Source: Candidatus Daviesbacteria bacterium (GTDB taxonomy: Bacteria > Patescibacteriota > Microgenomatia > Daviesbacterales > UBA10151). From it: a stretch of DNA of 64,000 bases. Shown here in pieces: positions 38,479 through 49,648 of the stretch. Under the pieces are notes generated by a model that was not told where the DNA came from, made no database searches, and saw only the letters and a program-made list of their open reading frames with translations. Each line of letters begins with the position of its first letter. Position 1 is the first letter of the stretch. The stretch is taken from NCBI GenBank assembly GCA_028687915.1, contig JAQTZF010000001.1:216229-280228 (forward strand). The letters run 5' to 3'. Position numbers and translations under genes: made by a program.

Positions 38479-40619
38479 TGGCTGTTACCACCAAAACCAA
38501 GAGGGATTTCCCTTTGGATCAAATCCGTAATATTGGAATTATTGCCCACATTGATGCGGGAAAAACCACCACAACTGAAAGAATCCTTTTTTATACTGGT
38601 AAAACTTATAAAATCGGAAATATTGATGAAGGAACCACAGTTACTGACTGGATGGAGCAGGAAAGAGAAAGAGGAATAACTATTGTTTCTGCTGCCATTA
38701 CTACTTTTTGGACTCCTAAGACAGGTCCCTATAAAGATCAGGAGACCAGAATTAACATTATTGATACTCCCGGACACGTTGATTTTACAGCTGAAGTGGA
38801 AAGATCCCTTCGTGTACTTGATGGAGGTGTAATCGTTTTGGATTCAGGTTCAGGTGTGCAATCCCAAACAGAAACAGTCTGGAGACAAGCAAATAAATAT
38901 AAAGTTCCGCTTATTGCTTTTGCAAATAAAATGGATGTAGTGGGAGCAGATTTTTTAGCTACTATTCAATCAGCTAGAGATAGATTGGGAGCTAATGCAA
39001 TTGCTTATAACTTACCAATTGGTAGTGAAAATGATTTTAAAGGAGTAATAGATTTATTAACCCAAAAAGCTTTTGTATGGGAAGGTAATGATACCGGAGC
39101 TAATTTTAATGAAATAGATATTCCTGCAGATATGGCTGACGCAGTAAAAGAGCATCGTGAAAAATTAGTTGAAGAAATCTCTGGTACAGATGATGTGCTG
39201 ATGGAAAAATATCTTGGTGGAGAAGAAATCTCTGTTGAAGAACTTAAAAAAGCTTTGCGAAAAGCAGTAATTAATAATGAAATTGTGCCTGTTTTGGCTG
39301 GATCATCTCTTAGAAATAAAGGTGTGCAGCAAATGCTTGATGGTGTTATTGAATATTTACCTTCACCACAAGATGTTAATGAAATTGTGGGAGAAAATCC
39401 TGCTACAAAAGAACAAGAAGTTAGAAACGCTGATCCTTCTGCACCATTATCTGCTTTAGCTTTTAAAGTTCAGGTTGATCCTCACGTTGGAAAGTTAACT
39501 TTTATTCGAATTTATTCCGGAACCCTAAAATCAGGTTCATATCTTTATAATTCCACCAAAGATATTAAAGAAAGAATTGGCCGTCTTATGTTAATGCATT
39601 CTAATGACAGAGAAGAAATTGAAGAAGCATATGCCGGAGAAATTGTGGCTGCAGTTGGTTTAAAAGACACTATTACCGGTAACTCTATTTGTGATGAAAA
39701 CAAACCTATTATTTTGGAATCAATTAATTTCCCAGAACCTGTTATTTCACTTGCCATTGAACCAAAAACCAAATCAGATCAGGAAAAATTAGGTTTAGCT
39801 TTATCAAGGCTTTCAGAAGAAGATCCTACTTTTAGGGTTAAGTCTGATCATGAAACAGGTCAAACCATTATTTCCGGAATGGGAGAGTTACAACTTGAGA
39901 TTTTAGTGGATAGAATGAAGAGGGAATTTAAAGTGGAAGCTAATGTTGGTCAACCACAGGTAGCATATAAAGAAACTATTCAAAAAACAGCCACAGGAGA
40001 AGGAAAATACATCAGACAAACCGGTGGTCGTGGTCAATACGGACATTGTTGGCTTAGAATTGAACCGCTTCCTCGTGGTTCCGGACGTGAATTCGTTTCA
40101 GAAATTGTGGGAGGAGCAATTCCCCGTGAGTTTATTGGTCCAATTGAAAAAGGTGTAATTGAAAAAGAAGACACAGGTATCCTTGCTGGTTATCCTGTAA
40201 CTGATATTAGGGTAGTTGTTTATGATGGATCTTTCCATGATGTTGATTCATCTGAGGTATCCTTTAAAATTGCAGGTTCTTTAGGTTTGTCTGAAGCAGC
40301 ACATCAAGCAGACATGATTTTACTTGAACCAATCATGAAAGTTGAAGTAACAACACCAGAAGAATTCCTCGGTGATATGATTGCAGATTTATCTTCCAAA
40401 AGAGCTCAAATCTTATCAACTGAGATGAGAGGAAATGCCAGAGTAGTATTAGCACTTGTTCCTTTGGCAGAAATGGGTGGTTATGCTACTTCAATTAGAT
40501 CAATGTCTCAGGGAAGAGCTACTTATTACATGGAAGCTGATCATTATGAACCAGTGCCATCAAATGTTACCCAAAAAATTATTGCAGATTCAGGCTTCAC
40601 AGGCCGTATTGAACACTAA
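38478..40619 (+). CDS. fusA: Elongation factor G
   Basis: [46 protein letters not shown]. Confidence 0.99.
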   Translation: MAVTTKTKRDFPLDQIRNIGIIAHIDAGKTTTTERILFYTGKTYKIGNIDEGTTVTDWMEQERERGITIVSAAITTFWTPKTGPYKDQETRINIIDTPGHVDFTAEVERSLRVLDGGVIVLDSGSGVQSQTETVWRQANKYKVPLIAFANKMDVVGADFLATIQSARDRLGANAIAYNLPIGSENDFKGVIDLLTQKAFVWEGNDTGANFNEIDIPADMADAVKEHREKLVEEISGTDDVLMEKYLGGEEISVEELKKALRKAVINNEIVPVLAGSSLRNKGVQQMLDGVIEYLPSPQDVNEIVGENPATKEQEVRNADPSAPLSALAFKVQVDPHVGKLTFIRIYSGTLKSGSYLYNSTKDIKERIGRLMLMHSNDREEIEEAYAGEIVAAVGLKDTITGNSICDENKPIILESINFPEPVISLAIEPKTKSDQEKLGLALSRLSEEDPTFRVKSDHETGQTIISGMGELQLEILVDRMKREFKVEANVGQPQVAYKETIQKTATGEGKYIRQTGGRGQYGHCWLRIEPLPRGSGREFVSEIVGGAIPREFIGPIEKGVIEKEDTGILAGYPVTDIRVVVYDGSFHDVDSSEVSFKIAGSLGLSEAAHQADMILLEPIMKVEVTTPEEFLGDMIADLSSKRAQILSTEMRGNARVVLALVPLAEMGGYATSIRSMSQGRATYYMEADHYEPVPSNVTQKIIADSGFTGRIEH

Positions 40620-40642
40620 TATATTTGGTGTATACTTAATTT

Positions 40643-41407
40643 ATGGAATTTCTTTGGTATATTTTAGGCCCGTTATTTTTATTTTTTCTTCTTACCAGTT
40701 TAAGAGTGGTGCAAGAATATGAACGGGGAGTAATCTTCTTTTTAGGGCGATGTACCGGGGTTCGTGGTCCGGGTTTAATTATTTTAATCCCTATTTTAGA
40801 AAGAATGATGAAGACAACACTTAGAACCATTACCATGGATATTCCTTCCCAAAAGATTATTACTAAAGATAATGTTTCAATTGATATTGCTGCTGTTGCT
40901 TATTATCATATTGTTGACCCACAAAAATCAGTGGTGGCAATTGAAGATGTTTATTCGGCTGTAAATCAAATTTCCCAAACTACAGTCAGAAATGTAGTGG
41001 GACAATTTATGTTGGATCAATTATTGGCAAAGACTAGTGAAATTAACACCCAGATTAAAAACGTAATTGATACTCACACTGAACCTTGGGGAGCAAATGT
41101 TACTGCTGTTGAAATTAAGGATATTATTTTACCTGATAATATGCAAAGGGCTATGGCAAAAGAAGCAGAGGCAGAGAGAGAAAGAAGAGCAAAAATTGTG
41201 GCTGCAGAAGGAGAATTTCAGGCTGCACAAAAGCTAGGGGAAGCAGCAGACCTTATAACCAAGCATCCAGTAGCCTTACAACTTAGAACCTTACAAACCA
41301 TGGCAGAAATTGCAACGGAAAAGAACTCTACTATTATTTTCCCAGCTCAGTTTATGGGTACAGTACAAGAAGCGATCAGAACTCTGGCTAAAGATGCTTC
41401 AAAATAA
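40643..41407 (+). CDS. SPFH/band 7 (stomatin/slipin) membrane protein
   Basis: [57 protein letters not shown]. Confidence 0.95.
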   Translation: MEFLWYILGPLFLFFLLTSLRVVQEYERGVIFFLGRCTGVRGPGLIILIPILERMMKTTLRTITMDIPSQKIITKDNVSIDIAAVAYYHIVDPQKSVVAIEDVYSAVNQISQTTVRNVVGQFMLDQLLAKTSEINTQIKNVIDTHTEPWGANVTAVEIKDIILPDNMQRAMAKEAEAERERRAKIVAAEGEFQAAQKLGEAADLITKHPVALQLRTLQTMAEIATEKNSTIIFPAQFMGTVQEAIRTLAKDASK

Positions 41408-41422
41408 GGTTTAAATAACCTC

Positions 41423-41451
41423 TTGCATTTTTATTATAGCTTTGGTAAACT
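41423..41451 (+). promoter_or_regulatory. tuf promoter
   Basis: TTGCAT-17 nt-TAAACT with TGn extension. Confidence 0.6.
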
Positions 41452-41502
41452 AATCTCTACCAGCTGGAAAAAGGCTGGATTTTTAAAGGATAAAACAAAA
41501 AA

Positions 41503-42687
41503 ATGGCAGACGCAAAAAAATTTGATAGATCTAAACCACACGTTAACATTGGTACAATGGGCCACGTTGACCATGGAAAAACAACCTTAACTGCAGCTAT
41601 TACTGCTGTCTTAGCTTCTAAAGGTTTAGCACAAGCACGATCAATTGATCAAATTGACGCAGCCCCAGAAGAAAAAGCCCGCGGAATTACAATTAATATT
41701 TCCCATCAGGAATACGAAACAGAAAAAAGACATTACGCCCACATCGACATGCCAGGACACGCTGATTATATTAAAAACATGATCACTGGTGCTGCACAAA
41801 CTGATGGTGCAATCTTAGTAGTTTCTGCTCCAGATGGTCCAATGCCACAAACCAGAGAACATATCTTACTCGCAAGACAAGTTGGAGTTCCAGCAATTGT
41901 TGTTTACATGAACAAAACTGATCAAGTTTCTGATCCAGAATTATTAGACTTAGTTGAAGAAGAAATCAGAGATCTTCTTAAGAAATATGAATATGATGCA
42001 CAATCTCCAATCGTTCGTGGTTCTGCTAAAAAAGCATTAGAAGGCGATGCAACAGCTATTAAATCAATCGAAGACTTAATGGATGCAGTAGATAGCTGGA
42101 TTCCAACCCCAACCAGAGACACAGACAAACCATTCTTAATGGCTGTTGAAGATGTTTTCTCTATTAAAGGAAGAGGAACAGTTGTAACCGGAAGAATTGA
42201 AAGAGGCAGAATTAAAGTTAATGAAGAAATCGAAATCGTTGGAATCAGACCAACCAAGAAAAGTGTTGTAACAGGTATTGAAATGTTCCATAAATTACTT
42301 GATGAAGGTCAAGCAGGTGATAATGCTGGTATTTTACTCCGAGGAATTGAAAAAGATGATGTTGAACGTGGTCAGGTTTTAGCTAAACCAGGTTCAATTA
42401 CACCTCATTCTGAATTTGAAGCAGAAATTTATGTTCTTTCCAAAGAAGAAGGTGGAAGACACACACCATTCTTTAAAGGTTACAGACCACAATTTTATGT
42501 TAGAACCACAGATGTTACTGGTGAAGTTATCTTACCAGAGGGTGTAGAAATGGTTATGCCAGGAGACACCACTAAAATTAATGCAAAACTTATTACACCA
42601 GTTGCAATGGAAGAAGGACTTCGATTTGCTATCCGAGAAGGTGGTAAGACTGTCGGAGCTGGAGTTATTACTAAAATAAATAAATAA
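41503..42687 (+). CDS. tuf: Elongation factor Tu
   Basis: [45 protein letters not shown]. Confidence 0.99.
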   Translation: MADAKKFDRSKPHVNIGTMGHVDHGKTTLTAAITAVLASKGLAQARSIDQIDAAPEEKARGITINISHQEYETEKRHYAHIDMPGHADYIKNMITGAAQTDGAILVVSAPDGPMPQTREHILLARQVGVPAIVVYMNKTDQVSDPELLDLVEEEIRDLLKKYEYDAQSPIVRGSAKKALEGDATAIKSIEDLMDAVDSWIPTPTRDTDKPFLMAVEDVFSIKGRGTVVTGRIERGRIKVNEEIEIVGIRPTKKSVVTGIEMFHKLLDEGQAGDNAGILLRGIEKDDVERGQVLAKPGSITPHSEFEAEIYVLSKEEGGRHTPFFKGYRPQFYVRTTDVTGEVILPEGVEMVMPGDTTKINAKLITPVAMEEGLRFAIREGGKTVGAGVITKINK

Positions 42688-42712
42688 AAATAAGTAATAA
42701 CTTATAAGCAAT

Positions 42713-42736
42713 AAAGAGGGCGAAAAGCCCTTTTTT
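42713..42736 (+). terminator. Rho-independent terminator after tuf
   Basis: aaagagggc-gaaaa-gccc followed by T6. Confidence 0.85.
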
Positions 42737-42792
42737 GTTTCTTATAGAAGTTTTGTGTTAAAATAATTGCACTTTGATAGGAAAATTAATTT

Positions 42793-43101
42793 ATGGCTAA
42801 AGGACGTATAAGAGTCAAACTAAAAAGTTATGATCACAGAGTACTCGATTCAACAGTCGAGCAGCTTTTGGATACTGCTTTACGTACTGGTGCTAAAATT
42901 GTTGGTCCTATCCCACTTCCTACTAAAACTTCCAGATTTACAATGCCAAGGTCTCCTTTTACAGATAAGGATTCTCAGGAAGCATTTGAAATCAAAATTC
43001 ACAAAAGATTAATTGAAATTGTTGAACCAACAGATAAAACTATTGATTCACTAATGCATTTAGAACTCCCTGCAGGTGTAGATATCGAAGTAAAAATGTA
43101 A
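42793..43101 (+). CDS. rpsJ: 30S ribosomal protein S10
   Basis: IRVKLKSYDHRVLD, GPIPLPT, LPAGVDIEVK. Confidence 0.99.
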   Translation: MAKGRIRVKLKSYDHRVLDSTVEQLLDTALRTGAKIVGPIPLPTKTSRFTMPRSPFTDKDSQEAFEIKIHKRLIEIVEPTDKTIDSLMHLELPAGVDIEVKM

Positions 43102-43145
43102 CCTTCTTTTGCACTTTGGTGTAAATAGGTTATAAAAGACGTGTT

Positions 43146-43354
43146 ATGAGTAATACTGAACAAGAAATCCTTTAGTAGAAGTTCAAACAATATTACGTGA
43201 TGATTCTGAACATACAGAAGCAAAATATGATAGATTTGATGTTTTTGCTCCTTTTAGAGCCAAGAATCCATTAGAAAGATTAAACGAGTTACAAAAAAAG
43301 CTAGAGAATCAAATAGTTGAAGATGTTTATCCTGATAAAGTAGAAAATTTATAA
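43146..43354 (+). pseudogene. Possible frameshifted small gene
   Basis: ATG ORF MSNTEQEIL stops at 43175; a 60-codon startless open frame in the -1 frame continues to TAA 43354. Confidence 0.3.
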
Positions 43355-43406
43355 GTTCTTTTTCTCCATTGTTTTTTAAGGCTAATTCGCAATGTTTAAA
43401 CAAACC

Positions 43407-43757
43407 TTAGTGGATGCTTAAGGCAACCATTACTAACAGAAAAAAAGATCCGGAAATTAAAGCCAAAGTTGAAACGACAATAAGTGTTACTCCTAAACCA
43501 TAAGCGTCGTCCATTACTGATAAATCCAAATTATTTGATGTTAATTTAAAAGCAGATTTTAAATTATAAATTCCTATAATAGTAAAAAGTATAAACGGAA
43601 TAATATAACGCAGATCGAAAGAGGGGATTTGATGAGGTGGATTCAGAAAAGAAAACAAAAGAGAAATAATGACGATGAAGGTAATTATTAAGGGAATTAT
43701 TCCTTCAATTATTCCAAAAAGAAAATTTATTATACCGACTGCTTTATACTTATCCAT
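43407..43757 (-). CDS. Hypothetical membrane protein (3 TM)
   Basis: 116-aa highly hydrophobic ORF. Confidence 0.65.
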   Translation of the reverse strand: MDKYKAVGIINFLFGIIEGIIPLIITFIVIISLLFSFLNPPHQIPSFDLRYIIPFILFTIIGIYNLKSAFKLTSNNLDLSVMDDAYGLGVTLIVVSTLALISGSFFLLVMVALSIH

Positions 43758-43868
43758 AATTTTATTAAAACACTTTCAAAATTACTTTTCTAGACATGAT
43801 AAAGTTTACGCAATATGGTAACTTTTACTAGATGACGCACACTGAGATTTATAGGATCTTTTTCTCCC

Positions 43869-43898
43869 TTGCTTTTTGAGGCTGTTTTGTGCTAAAAT
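43869..43898 (+). promoter_or_regulatory. rplC operon promoter
   Basis: TTGCTT-18 nt-TAAAAT with TGn extension. Confidence 0.55.
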
Positions 43899-43920
43899 TA
43901 TTAAGCAAGAAAAATATTTT

Positions 43921-44036
43921 CAGTAGATCGCACGTCGTACTTCATTAAAAGCTACGCCCGATAAATCGGATGTAGAGAAGATAGATACGGTGATTCAATA
44001 TAAGCGATGTACTGGGTCGGGTTTCGACCCTTTTTT
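43921..44036 (+). ncRNA. Candidate structured ribosomal-protein leader with terminator upstream of rplC
   Basis: Nested helices cagta/tactg, atcgc/gcgat, cgtcgta/tacggtg, cttc/gaag, ctac..ccga-taaa-tcgg..gtag; then gggtcg-ggttt-cgaccc-T6. Confidence 0.6.
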
Positions 44037-44050
44037 GTGTTTAAAACTAT

Positions 44051-44833
44051 ATGATAGATACATTATTTGGTATAAAAAAGAATATGACAAGTGCATACGA
44101 TGCTCGTGGTAGACGAACAGGTGTTACTGTGCTTCAAATTCAACCAAACGTTGTTACGCAGGTAAAATCGTCTGATGGAAAAGATGGTTATGATGCTGTG
44201 CAACTCGGAACTGGTATAAAGAAATCAATTAAAAAACCTCAAATTGGTCATGCTAAAAAGGCTGGAGTTGACGCTAAAATTCGTTGGTTTAGAGAAGTAA
44301 GAACAACAGCAAATGTTCAGGCAGGAGAAATTATTGAAGTAGGAAAAGTTTTTGCTAAAGGAGATTCAGTTAAAATAACAGGAACTTCTAAGGGAAAAGG
44401 TTTTCAGGGTGGTGTCAGACGTCATGGCTTCCATGGAGGACCAAAAACTCATGGTCAATCAGATAGACACCGCGCTCCTGGTTCTATTGGTTCTGGTACA
44501 ACTCCTGGAAGAGTCTTAAAGGGTAAAAAGATGGCTGGTCACATGGGTAATGACACTGCAACTGCTAAAAATTTAGAAGTAATTGCTGTAGATAAAAAAG
44601 AAAATTTGTTGATTGTTAAAGGTGCTGTTCCAGGATATGTTGGAGCCTTAGTGCAGATTACAAAAACAGGACGAATTAAGGGTTACACTCCACCTCCAGA
44701 AGAGAAACCAGAAGAAGAGGAAGAAGGATCAGAAGACCAGACAGTCACAGAACCAGTAGAGTCAGCAACAGAAAATACAGAAACACCTGCAGAAAATACT
44801 ACTGAAGTTATGGAGGACAAGGAAAATGCCTAA
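44051..44833 (+). CDS. rplC: 50S ribosomal protein L3 with acidic C-terminal tail
   Basis: DGYDAVQLG, SKGKGFQGGVRRHGF, RAPGSIG, KMAGHMG. Confidence 0.99.
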   Translation: MIDTLFGIKKNMTSAYDARGRRTGVTVLQIQPNVVTQVKSSDGKDGYDAVQLGTGIKKSIKKPQIGHAKKAGVDAKIRWFREVRTTANVQAGEIIEVGKVFAKGDSVKITGTSKGKGFQGGVRRHGFHGGPKTHGQSDRHRAPGSIGSGTTPGRVLKGKKMAGHMGNDTATAKNLEVIAVDKKENLLIVKGAVPGYVGALVQITKTGRIKGYTPPPEEKPEEEEEGSEDQTVTEPVESATENTETPAENTTEVMEDKENA

Positions 44834-45584
44834 AGTTGTTAAAGAAAAAAAAGTTACAAAATCAGAAAAAGTTGAAATTGAAAAAGAAGCAACTAAAAAA
44901 GTAGTTGTCAAAAAAGATGATGTAAAATCAGAAGCAGTTAATTTATCTGTTCCGATGTTTGGACTTGATGGTGGTAAAGATGGTACTTTATCATTACCAG
45001 AAGAAATCTTTGGGGTAGAGGTAAATAAAAAATTATTATCACAAGCACTTCGTGTTTATATAAATAATAATACTGGTCATTTTTCAAACACTAAAACTCG
45101 TGGTGAAGTTAAAGGTTCTACCAGAAAAGTAAGAGCACAAAAAGGTACAGGAGGAGCAAGACATGGATCAGTCAGAGCTCCTATTTTTATTGGTGGAGGA
45201 ATTGCACTTGGACCAAAATTCAGAAAAATAGAATTGGAATTGCCTAAAAAGATGAAAAGAGCTGCTTTAATTAGTGCTTTAGCTGCTAAAAACTTAGACC
45301 AGGAAGTTATGGGAATTTCCGGGCTTGATAAAGTAACTGGAAAAACCAAAGAAATGAAAGCATTTTTTGATAAAGTTGCTTTAAAAAATGTTTTGATTGT
45401 AATTTCTGAGAAAAATGAAAAGCTACAAAGAGCTGTTAAAAATTTAGAAAAAGTAAGTTCAACTTTAGCTGATCAGGTAGATATTTTAGAATTAACTAAA
45501 TTTAAAAATATTATGTTTACTAAAACTGCTATAGAAAAATTACAACTTCGAATTAACAAAAAAGAAGTGGAGAGTGCAAAATAA
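44826..45584 (+). CDS. rplD: 50S ribosomal protein L4 with Lys-rich N-terminal extension
   Basis: TKTRGEV..QKGTGGARHGS..GGGIALGP. Confidence 0.98.
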   Translation: MPKVVKEKKVTKSEKVEIEKEATKKVVVKKDDVKSEAVNLSVPMFGLDGGKDGTLSLPEEIFGVEVNKKLLSQALRVYINNNTGHFSNTKTRGEVKGSTRKVRAQKGTGGARHGSVRAPIFIGGGIALGPKFRKIELELPKKMKRAALISALAAKNLDQEVMGISGLDKVTGKTKEMKAFFDKVALKNVLIVISEKNEKLQRAVKNLEKVSSTLADQVDILELTKFKNIMFTKTAIEKLQLRINKKEVESAK

Positions 45585-45982
45585 TGAATATTATCAAAAA
45601 CCCGGTTATTTCTGAAAAGTCATTAGGAGACGCTAAAGATGGTTATTATACATTTGTAGTTGATCGCGCAGCTCGTAAGCAGGAAATTGCCAAGGCAATT
45701 GAACAGAAATTTGATGTGAATGTAATTGATATTAATACTTCAAATTTTAAGGATGAAAAAAAACAACAAAGAAGAGTTAGATCAACTTATACAATTGCAG
45801 GTTATAAAAAAGCTGTAGTGAAACTAAAAACAGGTCAAAAGATTGCTCTTTTTGAAGCAGAAACAGCAGAAGTTGAAACTGCTGAAGAGCCAACAGAAGT
45901 AAAAGAAAAGAAAAGTATACTTAAAGGAACAAAAGTAAAAATCGAAAAAATGGAAGATAAGAAAAAGAAAGAGGATAAATAA
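45584..45982 (+). CDS. rplW: 50S ribosomal protein L23
   Basis: PVISEKS, YTFVVD, YKKAVVKL; gene order. Confidence 0.97.
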   Translation: MNIIKNPVISEKSLGDAKDGYYTFVVDRAARKQEIAKAIEQKFDVNVIDINTSNFKDEKKQQRRVRSTYTIAGYKKAVVKLKTGQKIALFEAETAEVETAEEPTEVKEKKSILKGTKVKIEKMEDKKKKEDK

Positions 45983-46017
45983 GCAAAGCTTGAATTTTGC
46001 TTAACAAAATATAACAT

Positions 46018-46839
46018 ATGGCACTAATTAAATATAAAGAAACAACAAAAACAAGAAGGTTTGCTTCCAAAATGGAAAAACCTAAAAATAATAAGAACGT
46101 TATAAAGAAACTAAGATCTATTTTGCAAAAACATAGTGGAAGATCCAATGGTACAGTAACAGTTCGTCATCAAGGTGGAAGACATAAAAGGTATTATCGA
46201 GAGATTGATTTTAAAAGAAATAAATTTGGTATAGAAGGTGTAGTTTCAGCTTTGGAATATGATCCAAACAGAAATGTTGAGATTGCATTAATAAAATATT
46301 CTGATGGTGAATATCGTTATATTTTAGGATTAAAAGGATTAAAAGTAGGTGATAAAGTTCAAGCTGATGAAAAAGTAGAAGTAAAAATTGGTAATGCAAT
46401 GAAATTAAAAAATATTCCAGTTGGAACAGCTATTCACAATGTAGAGCTTACTCCTGGAAAAGGTGGACAAATTGGACGCTCTGCTGGAACATCTTTAACC
46501 TTGCAAGCAAAGCAAGCTCCTTTCGCTCACTTGAAACTTCCTTCAGGAGAGATTAGAATGGTTCCCTTGGAATGTTTGGCAACAATTGGTGTTTTAGGTA
46601 ACGAGGAATATAAAAACATGGAACTTGGTAAGGCAGGCCGAAAAAGACACATGGGTATCAGACCAACTGTTCGTGGTACAGCACAAGATCCAGGATCCCA
46701 TCCACACGGTGGAGGAGAAGGCAGATCAGGTATAGGAAGAAAGAAGCCTATGACTGCTTATGGCAGACCTGCTGTTGGTAAAACAAGGAATAAAAAGAAA
46801 CTTTCAGGTAAAATGATAATTAAAAGGAGAAATAAATAA
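46018..46839 (+). CDS. rplB: 50S ribosomal protein L2
   Basis: [20 protein letters not shown]. Confidence 0.99.
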   Translation: MALIKYKETTKTRRFASKMEKPKNNKNVIKKLRSILQKHSGRSNGTVTVRHQGGRHKRYYREIDFKRNKFGIEGVVSALEYDPNRNVEIALIKYSDGEYRYILGLKGLKVGDKVQADEKVEVKIGNAMKLKNIPVGTAIHNVELTPGKGGQIGRSAGTSLTLQAKQAPFAHLKLPSGEIRMVPLECLATIGVLGNEEYKNMELGKAGRKRHMGIRPTVRGTAQDPGSHPHGGGEGRSGIGRKKPMTAYGRPAVGKTRNKKKLSGKMIIKRRNK

Positions 46840-47123
46840 TGGGAAGATCACTTAAAAAAGGACCATATATTGATGCAAAATTATTAAAAAAGATTTTGGC
46901 TCAAAAAGAATCTAGCGATAAAACTGGAATTAAAACATGGGCAAGAGCATCACAAATTTCACCTGATTTTGTGGGGCACACATTACTAGTTCATAATGGT
47001 CGAAACTTTATATCAGTTTTCATCTCTGAATCTATGGTGGGACATCGGGTGGGAGAATTTTCTCCAACCAGAACTTTTAGATCACATGGTAAAAAGACAG
47101 AAAAGTCAGCAGCAAAAACTTAA
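46839..47123 (+). CDS. rpsS: 30S ribosomal protein S19
   Basis: [21 protein letters not shown]. Confidence 0.99.
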   Translation: MGRSLKKGPYIDAKLLKKILAQKESSDKTGIKTWARASQISPDFVGHTLLVHNGRNFISVFISESMVGHRVGEFSPTRTFRSHGKKTEKSAAKT

Positions 47124-47126
47124 TAT

Positions 47127-47507
47127 ATGGAAATAACATCAATACAAAAAAATATACATAATTCACCTCGTAAAATAAGGTTAGTGGTAGATATGGTAAG
47201 ACATATGAAGCCTTCTGTAGCTATTTCTCAGCTACAATTTACCAATAAGGCTGCTGCACTTCCTATATCAAAAGCAATAAAAACAGTTTTAGGAAATGCT
47301 AAGGCACAAAACTTAGATATCAACGAAATGATTTTTAAAAGTATTGAAGTAAATGAAGGTGGAAGAATGAAAAGATTTCGCCCAGGTACAAAAGGGAGAG
47401 CAAAACCTTATGTAAAAAGGATGAGTCATTTAAAAATTATTTTAACAAATGAAATTAAACAAGAAAAAATAGTTACAAAAGGAGATAAGTCTAAAGAGAC
47501 TAAATAA
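47127..47507 (+). CDS. rplV: 50S ribosomal protein L22
   Basis: SPRKIRLVVDMVR, KGRA..KRMSHL. Confidence 0.98.
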   Translation: MEITSIQKNIHNSPRKIRLVVDMVRHMKPSVAISQLQFTNKAAALPISKAIKTVLGNAKAQNLDINEMIFKSIEVNEGGRMKRFRPGTKGRAKPYVKRMSHLKIILTNEIKQEKIVTKGDKSKETK

Positions 47508-47510
47508 AAA

Positions 47511-48155
47511 ATGGGAAGAAAAATAAATCCAATTAGCTTTAGAATGGGTAATGTTTGTACTTGGCAATCAAGGTGGTTTGCTGATGACAAAAAGTATAGA
47601 CAATATGTTTTAACAGACATAAAAGTCAGAGATATTTTAATGAAAAAACTTAGACCAGCAGGAATTGTTAAAGTAGAAATAGAAAGAGCCAGCAATAAAC
47701 TTAAAGTAATTATTTTTGTGGCCCGTCCGGGTATATTAATTGGCCGTGGTGGTCAAGGTTTAACAGATCTTAAAAAGTTTTTAATGACTGAACTTTCAAT
47801 TAAAGATGAAAATGCACTTGAGATTACTCCTATGGATGTTCGTTCGCCGGATTTAGCAGCTTATTTAGTTGCTCTAAATGCTTCTGAACAATTAGCTAAA
47901 AGACTACCTGCACAAAGAGTTATGAACCAAACTGTTGATAGAGTGATGCGAGCTGGTGCTAAAGGTGTCAGGATCGTATTAGCAGGAAGAATTGGTGGAG
48001 CAGAGATTGCCCGCCGTGAATGGAAAGCACTTGGTACAATGCCTCTTCATACACTTAGACAAGATATAGATTATGCATCTGTCCCTGCTTTAACTAAGTC
48101 AGGTTATGTTGGAGTAAAAGTTTGGATTAATCGTGGAGAGGCGGTAGAAAATTAA
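47511..48155 (+). CDS. rpsC: 30S ribosomal protein S3
   Basis: MGRKINP, ARPGILIGRGG, GRIGGAEIAR, GVKVWI. Confidence 0.99.
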   Translation: MGRKINPISFRMGNVCTWQSRWFADDKKYRQYVLTDIKVRDILMKKLRPAGIVKVEIERASNKLKVIIFVARPGILIGRGGQGLTDLKKFLMTELSIKDENALEITPMDVRSPDLAAYLVALNASEQLAKRLPAQRVMNQTVDRVMRAGAKGVRIVLAGRIGGAEIARREWKALGTMPLHTLRQDIDYASVPALTKSGYVGVKVWINRGEAVEN

Positions 48156-48568
48156 TGGCACTATTAGTTCCTAAAAGAGTAAAGCATCGTAAAACATTCC
48201 GCGGTAAAAGAGGGGGAGTTGCATTGCGAGGAAATGAATTAAATTTTGGAACATACGGCTTAAAAGTTGTTGACCGTGGTTGGATTACTTCGAGACAAAT
48301 CGAAGCAGCCAGACGAGCTGTAACTCATTTTACTTCTCGTGGTGGAAGATTGTGGATTAGAATCTTTCCTGATAAGCCAGTAACTAAACATCCAGCTGAG
48401 GCTAGAATGGGATCTGGTAAAGGAGATGTTATTGGTTATGTAGCAGTTGTTCGACCAGGTAATATCATTTTTGAGATAGGTGCGGTATCATTTGCTACTG
48501 CGCAAGAAGCTTTAAGATTAGCTTCACATAAATTGCCATTAAAAACTAAATTTATTATTAAACAATAA
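48155..48568 (+). CDS. rplP: 50S ribosomal protein L16
   Basis: [22 protein letters not shown]. Confidence 0.99.
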   Translation: MALLVPKRVKHRKTFRGKRGGVALRGNELNFGTYGLKVVDRGWITSRQIEAARRAVTHFTSRGGRLWIRIFPDKPVTKHPAEARMGSGKGDVIGYVAVVRPGNIIFEIGAVSFATAQEALRLASHKLPLKTKFIIKQ

Positions 48569-48570
48569 AA

Positions 48571-48813
48571 ATGAAAAAAAACGATTTTGCAGAAATTAAA
48601 AAAATGGAAGTTAAGGTTTTATCTAGTAAAGCTTTAAAGATAAAAGAAGAAATTGCTAATTTAGTAATTGATAAGAACATGAATAAAATGCCAAATCTTA
48701 AATCAATAAAGTTTAAGAGAAATGAGTTAGCAAAAATTTTAACAGTTTTGCAACAAAAACAATTAATGGAAAGTTTAGAAAAACAAACAGTAAAAGTATC
48801 GGAGGAAAAATAA
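48571..48813 (+). CDS. rpmC: 50S ribosomal protein L29
   Basis: Position between rplP and rpsQ; NLKSIKFKRNELAKILT. Confidence 0.88.
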   Translation: MKKNDFAEIKKMEVKVLSSKALKIKEEIANLVIDKNMNKMPNLKSIKFKRNELAKILTVLQQKQLMESLEKQTVKVSEEK

Positions 48814-48814
48814 A

Positions 48815-49276
48815 ATGGCATCTAAAAAAATAAAAAAAGAAGTAAATAAAGAAATGAATAAAGAAGAAGGAAGAAAACCTATGGAAAAACAACAACAAAT
48901 ATTTAAAGGTAGAGTAGTTTCTATAAAAGCACAACAGACTGCAACTGTTTTATTGGAAAGCAGAAAAACTCATCCGTTATATAAAAAGTCTTATGCTCAG
49001 AGTAAAAAATATCTAGTCCATGATGAATTAGAAGTAAAAATGGGAGATATAGTAGAAATAGTTAAATGCAGACCAATATCTAAAAACAAACATTTTAGGA
49101 TTCTTAAAGTTGTAGGACGTGATATTGAAGCAATTGTTACAGAAAAGATTAATGAAGATGTTAAGAAAGCAATTGAAGAAGTGATTCCTGTAGAACAAGA
49201 AGAAGTTGTTGAAGTGGTAGAAGCAGTTGAAGAAATTAAACCAAAAAAAGCTACAAAGACAAAGGAGAGCAAATAA
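48815..49276 (+). CDS. rpsQ: 30S ribosomal protein S17 with terminal extensions
   Basis: GRVVS, HPLYKK, KKYLVHDE, CRPISKNK. Confidence 0.97.
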   Translation: MASKKIKKEVNKEMNKEEGRKPMEKQQQIFKGRVVSIKAQQTATVLLESRKTHPLYKKSYAQSKKYLVHDELEVKMGDIVEIVKCRPISKNKHFRILKVVGRDIEAIVTEKINEDVKKAIEEVIPVEQEEVVEVVEAVEEIKPKKATKTKESK

Positions 49277-49645
49277 ATGTTACAACACAGATCTACAGTA
49301 AAAGTTGCAGATAATAGTGGAGCTAAGATGATCATGGTGATTCAACCTTTGGGCGGTTCTGGTAAAAGAAAAGCTACCCTAGGTGAATTATTAGTGGGTG
49401 TAGTTAAAGGAGCAACTCCTAATGGACAGGTAAAGGATCATGAAATAGTAAGAGCAGTAGTTGTTAGAACCAAGAAAGAAAGAAGAAGAGATGATGGTTC
49501 ATATATTAAATTTGATGAAAACGCTGTAGTGATTGTAGATAAAGACGGAAACTTACGTGCAACCAGGGTTTTTGGTCCTATTGCCAGAGAAATACGTGAT
49601 AAAGGTTTTACTAAGATTGCATCGCTTGCACCAGAGGTGTGGTAA
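49277..49645 (+). CDS. rplN: 50S ribosomal protein L14
   Basis: [31 protein letters not shown]. Confidence 0.99.
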   Translation: MLQHRSTVKVADNSGAKMIMVIQPLGGSGKRKATLGELLVGVVKGATPNGQVKDHEIVRAVVVRTKKERRRDDGSYIKFDENAVVIVDKDGNLRATRVFGPIAREIRDKGFTKIASLAPEVW

Positions 49646-49648
49646 ATT

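Noticed and set aside
38133-38777. 214-aa minus-strand ORF
   Set aside because: Antisense shadow of mini-gre and fusA; Ser/Phe-rich composition typical of non-coding frames
43170-43176. prfB-like +1 programmed frameshift at CTT-TAG
   Set aside because: The +1 frame closes after a few codons; only the -1 frame is open
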